From an uncultured virus (IMG/VR IMGVR_UViG_3300037563_000115) (taxonomy: Duplodnaviria > Heunggongvirae > Uroviricota > Caudoviricetes), in IMG/VR virus record IMGVR_UViG_3300037563_000115: a stretch of DNA of 20,000 bases. One strand, given 5' to 3'. Both the position numbers and the translations under genes were made by a program. Positions 8,286 to 14,477 of the stretch are shown here, piece after piece. The notes under the pieces were generated by a model that was not told the origin of the DNA, did no database searches, and saw only the letters and a program-made list of their open reading frames with translations. The first letter of the stretch is position 1, and each line of letters begins with the position of its first letter.

Positions 8286-8634
8286 CAAAGATCTCTTCCT
8301 GATTCTGTGATTCAAGATATTCCTTCTTAAATTCTTTAGAACTATAAATTTGCTTTCTATATTTAATAAATATTAAACGCCCAAATCTCCACAAAGACAT
8401 TTTACTGTTAAAACCATTCTCTATGTCGGCAAGTACCATTTGACGCGCCGTAACCAAACCAACATGCACTTCATAAAGAGTTTTTAAAATCCATACAATA
8501 AAACACAAACTTAAAATTGAGAACACTAATACTAAAATACCAAATACAAGAATAGAAACTCCTATAAGAGTTAACAAAATAGGGAACCAAAAAGGGGCAA
8601 GAATAATGACCAGGATCAATTCTAAGAGATGCAT
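8278..8634 (-). CDS. membrane protein with long hydrophobic N-terminus
   Basis: about 50 hydrophobic residues at the N-terminus. Confidence 0.6.
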   Translation of the reverse strand: MHLLELILVIILAPFWFPILLTLIGVSILVFGILVLVFSILSLCFIVWILKTLYEVHVGLVTARQMVLADIENGFNSKMSLWRFGRLIFIKYRKQIYSSKEFKKEYLESQNQEEIFDE

Positions 8635-8889
8635 TTATTTTCCATAATATAAAACCAACTCAAATCGATCACCATCTACATCTACTATTGTAAAATGCAC
8701 ATTCAGGGATTCATCTAATACAAGATTTGAATAACTTTTAATTACTGCTGATTTTATAGCTCGACCCAAAATAAGCTTCATAGCCCTCTTTATATTTGAT
8801 TCCGTAGCAGCGGAAGCCTCATAGCAAAGCTCCTCACTTAACAAGAGATCAAACATCGTGGTATATGACTCATGACTAAATCTACTCAT
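8635..8889 (-). CDS. hypothetical protein
   Basis: ORF track 8635-8964; ATG at 8889 avoids overlap with the upstream gene. Confidence 0.55.
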   Translation of the reverse strand: MSRFSHESYTTMFDLLLSEELCYEASAATESNIKRAMKLILGRAIKSAVIKSYSNLVLDESLNVHFTIVDVDGDRFELVLYYGK

Positions 8890-8890
8890 C

Positions 8891-9103
8891 TTAATTATAC
8901 TTTGACCTTTCCCATTCACTATCGGGATCTGATGGTATATCTTTATTCTCTTCCAGTATCTCATCAGTAATTCTAATACATTCTTGGCATTCTTTTAAAT
9001 GCTCTTGTAATTGGTAAACTTTACCGATTGTTAAACCCTCGACTTTTTTAAATGGGTCCTTTTGAATCTGTTTTATGAAACTACAAAATTCTGAATCACT
9101 CAT
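8891..9103 (-). CDS. small protein with zf-HC2 (anti-sigma-like) HxxxCxxC motif
   Basis: LQEHLKECQECIR. Confidence 0.55.
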   Translation of the reverse strand: MSDSEFCSFIKQIQKDPFKKVEGLTIGKVYQLQEHLKECQECIRITDEILEENKDIPSDPDSEWERSKYN

Positions 9104-9345
9104 AGAGGTTCAGAAACTACTGTTGTATCAGCACCAGGAAGAGCTGGATCTACTGCTACAACCACCTTATTGGCTTTAGCAGCCTTAATTCCAGCGCGAA
9201 TAGCGGCCTTATGAGCTGCAGTCTTCTTTTGCCCTTTAAGAGCATCTGCAATTGCCTTACTATGCTCTGGGGTAAACAGCACTCCAAGCTTCGTTGCGGC
9301 AATCTTATCTTTAGATTCCTGTGTATGACTTTGACCTTTACGCAT
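9100..9345 (-). CDS. stand-alone NUMOD3-repeat DNA-binding protein
   Basis: three repeats: HTQESKDKIA, FTPEHSKAIA, KTAAHKAAIR; no nuclease domain; AAGGAG RBS. Confidence 0.65.
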   Translation of the reverse strand: MRKGQSHTQESKDKIAATKLGVLFTPEHSKAIADALKGQKKTAAHKAAIRAGIKAAKANKVVVAVDPALPGADTTVVSEPL

Positions 9346-9634
9346 GGTGTTTATCTCCTTTTAATATCAATTCATGTGCTTTGCTAATACACCTATTCTT
9401 CATCTTCTCTTCAAGTAAACTAGCACAATTTTCTCGATAGAACAACTTGCCTTCTAAGTATTCTAAATTTGTCAATCCGCAAGTCCGTAGATGATAGTCA
9501 AAATCCTTTAAACTATACATGTAGCAAGTCCCACTACCCTTATGAAATACCACACGAGGCAGGATGTATTCCAAATCAAGCTGCCATCCCTCTTTCCAGG
9601 TATGATTAAAGATGTCTTCTACAGTCTCGCTCAT
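9338..9634 (-). CDS. hypothetical protein
   Basis: ORF track 9338-9652; ATGA-overlap start at 9634. Confidence 0.55.
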   Translation of the reverse strand: MSETVEDIFNHTWKEGWQLDLEYILPRVVFHKGSGTCYMYSLKDFDYHLRTCGLTNLEYLEGKLFYRENCASLLEEKMKNRCISKAHELILKGDKHHA

Positions 9635-9906
9635 TCTAACCCCAATGTGCATACTGGACTATCATATAACTCAACAGTTCCACGCCCAAAGTCATCCAAC
9701 AAGATTGCTCCATCTTCTCTTTGATACATGAAATAACCTGAGAATGTCTGAGGAGAATTCTCATAGTGGCAAACCATTGGGGGATTGCCAAGGATGTTAA
9801 CAGATCTGTTATCCTGTGTAACTAGCTGCCCATGACTAACAGTAACGAAACGAACACTGGAGCAACCTATTAACATCAAAGGAATAACAAACCAGAAATA
9901 TTTCAT
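9631..9906 (-). CDS. putative lipoprotein
   Basis: MKYFWFVIPLMLIG-C lipobox-like signal. Confidence 0.6.
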   Translation of the reverse strand: MKYFWFVIPLMLIGCSSVRFVTVSHGQLVTQDNRSVNILGNPPMVCHYENSPQTFSGYFMYQREDGAILLDDFGRGTVELYDSPVCTLGLE

Positions 9907-10052
9907 TACTTCTTACCTTCTTTCTTTGTAGAAAGAACTGAGTTATCTCCATGAAGAATGCAATACAACTCCTTAACAGTCAAAGGTCTTTGTAATTTCT
10001 TTTCAATTGCAGCAATAACTTTTCCAGTATTTTTATTATTAATCAAGGCCAT
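9906..10052 (-). CDS. 48-aa basic peptide, not in ORF track
   Basis: GGAGGT RBS; MALINNKNTGK...; TAATG overlap with lipoprotein gene. Confidence 0.55.
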   Translation of the reverse strand: MALINNKNTGKVIAAIEKKLQRPLTVKELYCILHGDNSVLSTKKEGKK

Positions 10053-10053
10053 G

Positions 10054-10488
10054 TTAATTACCTCCATTTAATTTTCTATCAGTAAGTGAAAGGATCTCAT
10101 ATCCATCTTGCGTCGGAAAAATTGCTTGCTTGATCCCACGAGCTATCAAAAGTCTTTGGCAAAGATCGCAAGGTCCACTATAGCATAGAGAACCTGTACT
10201 CACGTTCTGCCCCCAAATATAGACAGAAGCTCTTTTAACAGAGAAATCACAGCGAAGCAGCGCATCACATTCTGCGTGAAGTCCAAAGTAACGGCGCGTA
10301 CCATCTTGACTTGTAATTGTTGGAATCTTCGGATGAGATTTCCTATTTCTGCCAGTCGCAATAACCTTATTTCCATCCACAATAGCTACTCCAAATTGGC
10401 GTTTCATCTCAGTACTCTTGAGAGCCATTTCATGGGCAAGCTTCAAAAATCTAAGATGCCGATTATTCACAATTAATTCCCATACCAA
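10054..10488 (-). CDS. cytidine/dCMP deaminase-family Zn enzyme
   Basis: FGVAIV, GRN, LHAECDAL, GPCDLC, GIKQAIF. Confidence 0.85.
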   Translation of the reverse strand: MVWELIVNNRHLRFLKLAHEMALKSTEMKRQFGVAIVDGNKVIATGRNRKSHPKIPTITSQDGTRRYFGLHAECDALLRCDFSVKRASVYIWGQNVSTGSLCYSGPCDLCQRLLIARGIKQAIFPTQDGYEILSLTDRKLNGGN

Positions 10489-10658
10489 GTAACATCATCA
10501 GCATCTTGTTGTTCCAAACGATCTTCTTCCCATAAATTGCTAAAATATTCAGCATCATATTCGGTATAATCTGTATGTGTATTTAAAATATGCTCAACCA
10601 ATTCTTCATGGGTTTGTGGTTCGTTATTTCCGCAAACTTCGCATTCAAATAGATTCAT
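10473..10658 (-). CDS. acidic C2H2-type Zn-finger microprotein
   Basis: FECEVC...LVEHILNTH; AGGGAG RBS. Confidence 0.6.
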   Translation of the reverse strand: MNLFECEVCGNNEPQTHEELVEHILNTHTDYTEYDAEYFSNLWEEDRLEQQDADDVTWYGN

Positions 10659-10760
10659 CTAATTCTCCCTTATCCAACTCTTATAAGAACAATTATAGAA
10701 TTGGCATTCTTCACACGAGCAACCTAATGTATTTTCTGTCTCGCTAATCAATTCATCCAT
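10659..10760 (-). CDS. 33-aa Cys-rich peptide (MDELISETENTLGCSCEECQFYNC...), probably leaderless, not in ORF track
   Basis: ATG 6 nt below the -10 box of P3; its TAG abuts the next ATG. Confidence 0.5.
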   Translation of the reverse strand: MDELISETENTLGCSCEECQFYNCSYKSWIREN

Positions 10761-10765
10761 ATTAT

Positions 10766-10794
10766 AGTATACCCCCAAAAGATAACAATGTCAA
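10766..10794 (-). promoter_or_regulatory. sigma70-type promoter P3
   Basis: TTGACA TTGTTATCTTTTGGGGG TATACT. Confidence 0.82.
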
Positions 10795-10946
10795 GACTTA
10801 TTTTTCTTAGATTTATCTTCTTTAAAAATTTCTTCTGGCTCAACACCTGCTTTTAAAGCCTTAGAAATTAGACCTCTAAGCGTCTTTAATTCACTTTCTG
10901 TTAACAAGCTCATCTTCTCTGGTGTTCCTTTCTTTTTAAGTGCCAT
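10791..10946 (-). CDS. 51-aa Lys-rich peptide (MALKKKGTPEK...), not in ORF track
   Basis: AAGGAG RBS; TGA lies inside the -35 box of P3. Confidence 0.6.
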   Translation of the reverse strand: MALKKKGTPEKMSLLTESELKTLRGLISKALKAGVEPEEIFKEDKSKKNKS

Positions 10947-10947
10947 T

Positions 10948-11079
10948 TTAACTCTCCTTTACATCAAGATCATAACATCCACAATCATCAACCAAACACA
11001 CTAATCTGCCAAGCCAAACCTGCACCTGCTGATGAATTTCCTGGCAATGACCACAATTAGTACAATGTTTTAATTCCAT
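10948..11079 (-). CDS. 43-aa CxxCGHxxxxH Zn-finger microprotein, not in ORF track
   Basis: MELKHCTNCGHCQEIHQQVQVWLGRLVCLVDDCGCYDLDVKES; similar to adjacent 11070-11273. Confidence 0.6.
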   Translation of the reverse strand: MELKHCTNCGHCQEIHQQVQVWLGRLVCLVDDCGCYDLDVKES

Positions 11080-11273
11080 CGGTAACTCTCACTGTCGTAA
11101 GGCACTTCAATCTCATCACCATCTGTTCCTGCAGCTCTTTTTGATTCAAAGTAATTGCAATTGCACAACTCACCAAATTCACCATCTTGAGCATCACAAT
11201 ACCAAATATCATAGGTTGATTGCTCATGATCTTTAAAGGAATGGCCACAATTTTTGCATGTCAACTCTTCCAT
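11070..11273 (-). CDS. CxxCGHxxxxH Zn-finger microprotein
   Basis: CKNCGHSFKDH...YC...CNCNYF; AAGGAG RBS. Confidence 0.65.
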   Translation of the reverse strand: MEELTCKNCGHSFKDHEQSTYDIWYCDAQDGEFGELCNCNYFESKRAAGTDGDEIEVPYDSESYRWN

Positions 11274-11509
11274 GATTTTATATAACTCCTTAGCAAAGGT
11301 TGAAAGGCATTCGGAAATTTTTCGGCAACTTCAAGGAGCGTTTCTTTGTCCATACTTAGCACTTCCTTGCATCCACACTCCATACAAGTTTTCACGACAT
11401 CAAACTGATCAGGATTATCGAGTGTACAAAACACATTAGTTATTAAATAACTATTGTGAGATTTTCTAAAAATACTAAGTAATTTTCTAAATACGTTTAG
11501 GAACATCAT
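11261..11509 (-). CDS. hypothetical protein with CxxCxC
   Basis: ORF track 11261-11635; 5' part overlaps the upstream gene, so a start at about 11509 is preferred. Confidence 0.5.
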   Translation of the reverse strand: MMFLNVFRKLLSIFRKSHNSYLITNVFCTLDNPDQFDVVKTCMECGCKEVLSMDKETLLEVAEKFPNAFQPLLRSYIKSWKS

Positions 11510-11720
11510 CGTATACCTGGACATCCTCTTTAAGCAAATTAAACACAACATCATAACGAGACAATTGATCCTCCAGCAGATATGCTTCATTAGAAAGTTG
11601 CCAAATAGCTTCTTGATATCCAGGATTCCTAGCATTCTTTAAGCATTGCATATTGTACTGACAACGCTTAAGAGCGTCTTTCTTATATCTCATTTCTCTT
11701 TCGAGCAAGTTCAATTGCAT
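11487..11720 (-). CDS. hypothetical helical protein
   Basis: AAGGAG RBS. Confidence 0.6.
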   Translation of the reverse strand: MQLNLLEREMRYKKDALKRCQYNMQCLKNARNPGYQEAIWQLSNEAYLLEDQLSRYDVVFNLLKEDVQVYDDVPKRI

Positions 11721-11743
11721 GGTGATCTCCTTTTAAAATAGCT

Positions 11744-11781
11744 GCTTAGAGGCTGCAGAGGGAGGGCCACAACCTCTAAGC
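11744..11781 (-). other. intergenic RNA hairpin (15-bp stem with 3 G-U pairs, loop CCCUCCCU)
   Basis: minus strand GCTTAGAGGTTGTGG CCCTCCCT CTGCAGCCTCTAAGC. Confidence 0.65.
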
Positions 11782-11787
11782 GAAATC

Positions 11788-12039
11788 TTATTTCTTCTTC
11801 TTACTCTTCCCTACCTTTTTCTTTAATTCTTTAGCAATCTCTGGTCCTTGCTTAGGCTGACAGGCATCACAATAGCAGTCAATTGTAAGCTTAGAACCAT
11901 CCTCATTAAATAAATGAGAATCCAACGAGCATTTAAAATGACCCCCAACTAATGTAGGCTCAGATTCCCCTTTACATAAAGGACAAGGAACCCTTTTATT
12001 ATATTCGGAGAAGTCATTAAGTTCAGTCCAAAGTCCCAT
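11788..12039 (-). CDS. Zn-ribbon microprotein with Lys-rich tail
   Basis: CPLC...C...H...CYCDAC. Confidence 0.6.
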   Translation of the reverse strand: MGLWTELNDFSEYNKRVPCPLCKGESEPTLVGGHFKCSLDSHLFNEDGSKLTIDCYCDACQPKQGPEIAKELKKKVGKSKKKK

Positions 12040-12040
12040 A

Positions 12041-12268
12041 TTACTTTCCTTTACTATTCGCTTTATTCAAAGCATCCATAATTTGTTGTGGATACCAATT
12101 GCTATAAACCTCATTGCCCATTTTTAGTTTAATTGCAGTACTAGAAAACCCCAAATCCCCTACAGCTTGTAGCCCACTAACATCATCAGGATTTACATAT
12201 ACTGGTTGATGGTTATAATTACCTACGTAGACAAGAGTAACAAGTAAACTTAATAGGAAGGTTTTCAT
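12041..12268 (-). CDS. hypothetical protein, weakly FlbD-family-like, hydrophobic N-terminus
   Basis: VYVNPDDV...TAIKLKMG...YPQQIMDAL pattern; GGAGG RBS. Confidence 0.45.
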   Translation of the reverse strand: MKTFLLSLLVTLVYVGNYNHQPVYVNPDDVSGLQAVGDLGFSSTAIKLKMGNEVYSNWYPQQIMDALNKANSKGK

Positions 12269-12445
12269 TTATTCCTCCGTTGTCTCTTCTTGAGCAGCCA
12301 AGGCAGCTTCACGAGCCTCTTGACGTGCTTTACGAAGTTTCTTAGCAGCACCCTTGTTAGCTAGAAAAATCCTAGCTCTGTCACCCTTACGAGCCTTTCG
12401 AGACTTTGTATCAGCTTCTTTTGGATAAGCAGTATAATTTGGCAT
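12269..12445 (-). CDS. small basic helical protein
   Basis: ORF track 12269-12511; ATG at 12445 follows GGAGG RBS. Confidence 0.55.
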   Translation of the reverse strand: MPNYTAYPKEADTKSRKARKGDRARIFLANKGAAKKLRKARQEAREAALAAQEETTEE

Positions 12446-12446
12446 T

Positions 12447-12620
12447 TTACTTTTCCTCCCTTTCTTTAAGTGGTATGACATACAAAAGATATGGACGCGC
12501 TTTCTTTCCACCTTTAACTACTTTAACTCCTTTAGCAAGTCCTGTTTTTACAATATTCTCTCCTTCTTCTCTAGCAGTCTCCTGTGTCTTATAGCTATCG
12601 TGAAATACCCATGTATTCAT
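12447..12620 (-). CDS. hypothetical protein
   Basis: ORF track 12447-12662; ATG at 12620 follows AAGGAG, ATGA overlap. Confidence 0.55.
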   Translation of the reverse strand: MNTWVFHDSYKTQETAREEGENIVKTGLAKGVKVVKGGKKARPYLLYVIPLKEREEK

Positions 12621-12793
12621 TGAATCTGCTCCCTTACATGTGCTACGACCTTTCTTGCCCACCTATCGGTATCTACTGTTTTTCCCTCCAATGAATGCTC
12701 GATAGCTTCCTGGCACAACTTAATTAGCATAATAGAAACTTCGTTATCTAATATCTTACGTTGAAGCTTGTTAATTTCTAATTGCTTATCCAT
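12617..12793 (-). CDS. hypothetical coiled-coil protein
   Basis: ORF track 12617-12913; ATG at 12793 minimises overlap. Confidence 0.5.
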   Translation of the reverse strand: MDKQLEINKLQRKILDNEVSIMLIKLCQEAIEHSLEGKTVDTDRWARKVVAHVREQIQ

Positions 12794-13073
12794 TAGACTT
12801 CTCATTGTTAACATGGTCAAGAAATTCTTCTTTAGATATTTTTCCCTCATTGTAAAGTTTATTATTCTTTGTGATATCAGGTCTATCATTTTCTTGCTCA
12901 ATTTTCTCAACAATTTCAGGATTATGACGAATTATTTTACCTACATATGTAACAAATTCATCATCAAACATAAGAACAGAAACTTTTGTAGCTGGGAGAC
13001 TATGCACCCTTCTCATTAAAGTTTCGGGATCTTTAATTGAGAGTAAGTCTTTTACTAATTCTTTATTATGCAT
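12786..13073 (-). CDS. hypothetical protein
   Basis: GGGGAG RBS. Confidence 0.6.
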   Translation of the reverse strand: MHNKELVKDLLSIKDPETLMRRVHSLPATKVSVLMFDDEFVTYVGKIIRHNPEIVEKIEQENDRPDITKNNKLYNEGKISKEEFLDHVNNEKSNG

Positions 13074-13085
13074 ATTATTTCTCCC

Positions 13086-13355
13086 CTAACCTTTGCAGCA
13101 ACTAGGATAAGACCAAGTAGGTAATCCTAATTTTCTTTTTTCTCTATTTTCCAGATCAAAATTAACTTCTCGTTGAATAGCATCTCGAATATCTGTTAAA
13201 CTATTTTCTACATTCACAGAACCACTCAATTCTAGGTCAGGGATATTCCAACGTTGCATTCTAACATGATAATGAGCATAATCTTGCCATCTGGCTCCGT
13301 CGCGACATTCACGTTTAATAGAACCAAATACAACCTCTTTACCATTAATTCTCAT
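13086..13355 (-). CDS. hypothetical protein
   Basis: ORF track 13086-13394; ATG at 13355 follows AGGAG. Confidence 0.55.
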   Translation of the reverse strand: MRINGKEVVFGSIKRECRDGARWQDYAHYHVRMQRWNIPDLELSGSVNVENSLTDIRDAIQREVNFDLENREKRKLGLPTWSYPSCCKG

Positions 13356-13356
13356 G

Positions 13357-14415
13357 TTATTTCTCCTCTCTGGCTGACCTTGAAGCTTTCCCAACCTTTA
13401 GAATTCTATCATCACCATTTTTCTGGCCCTCTTTAACCACGGCATCAATGATATCAGAAGGCATTTCATGAACAAGCATAGCAGCCGTATCAGCATTCAG
13501 ATCATCAATGAAGGAAACCAAATTCTCCATTTGTTTCTTTGTCAACTTCTTAGCCGCTTCAGAAATACCAATGATCTGCTTAATGGTAACATACATCTCA
13601 TCAGATTTCTTTCGCTGTTTAAGAATCTTCTCACGAACATCCTTATAATTATTCAGAACCTCTTCACCATTTACAGGACGTTCATAATTAGCATCGAGAT
13701 ACTTGATAAAGGCTGTAGCAGCTTCTTTACCTACAAAACCAGAAATAATTTCGAATTCTAGATCTTGAGGAAGAGCCTGTTTATTTCGACATTTATTAAC
13801 CTCACTCCAACCTGCAGGATTTCGTTTAACTGGTAATTCAAAAGTTTCTGGCTCAAACAACATGTCTTTATGTGTTCCAATAAAACCTGTAATATCGTTT
13901 GCAATCTTACCTTCCCGATTAGCCCATCCCATCCATGAATCAACTGTAGGATTAAGCAAAAGAACACAGAACCTTCTCAAGAAAGCTCTATCAAGCTCTT
14001 CAACTTGATATTCTCCATTACTACTTGGATTAATAGAAGATACAATAAGCCATCCGTCAGGTAGAGTAAACCTATGAAGTTTACGATCCCAAATCAATTG
14101 GAAAACTGCCTGACGAACATCATTAGGAGCACGATTACACTCATCAAGATGCAAAATTCCCTTAGTTCCATCTTTTGGGAACCATTCAGGCTTTGCCCAG
14201 CAGGTTCTATCTCCGTCACGATATGGAATACCAATGAGATCTCCTGGTTCCATTTGAGCAAGACGCAAATCAATAAAACCTAGTCCAAGTTCATTGGTTA
14301 CTTGTTTCACAATATCACTTTTACCAATTCCCATAGGACCGACAAACAATGGAGCTATCTGAACTTCCTTCTCAGCAAGGATCTTCAACCATCGTTTTGC
14401 GTCATCTACTCTCAT
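13357..14415 (-). CDS. MoxR-type AAA+ ATPase
   Basis: Walker A GPMGIGKS, DLRLAQMEPGDLIGIP, Walker B LHLDECNRA, SINP, LDRAFLRRF. Confidence 0.9.
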   Translation of the reverse strand: MRVDDAKRWLKILAEKEVQIAPLFVGPMGIGKSDIVKQVTNELGLGFIDLRLAQMEPGDLIGIPYRDGDRTCWAKPEWFPKDGTKGILHLDECNRAPNDVRQAVFQLIWDRKLHRFTLPDGWLIVSSINPSSNGEYQVEELDRAFLRRFCVLLLNPTVDSWMGWANREGKIANDITGFIGTHKDMLFEPETFELPVKRNPAGWSEVNKCRNKQALPQDLEFEIISGFVGKEAATAFIKYLDANYERPVNGEEVLNNYKDVREKILKQRKKSDEMYVTIKQIIGISEAAKKLTKKQMENLVSFIDDLNADTAAMLVHEMPSDIIDAVVKEGQKNGDDRILKVGKASRSAREEK

Positions 14416-14448
14416 TTTAATTCTCCCTTTCTTATCTTCTACTTTTTA

Positions 14449-14477
14449 AGTATATCAGGTAAATAAGAATCTGTCAA
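14449..14477 (-). promoter_or_regulatory. sigma70-type promoter P4
   Basis: TTGACA GATTCTTATTTACCTGA TATACT. Confidence 0.85.

Noticed and set aside
10200..13967. Alternative-frame minus ORFs 10200-10382, 11057-11248 and 13758-13967
   Set aside because: Nested within better-supported genes (deaminase, Zn-finger, MoxR ATPase)
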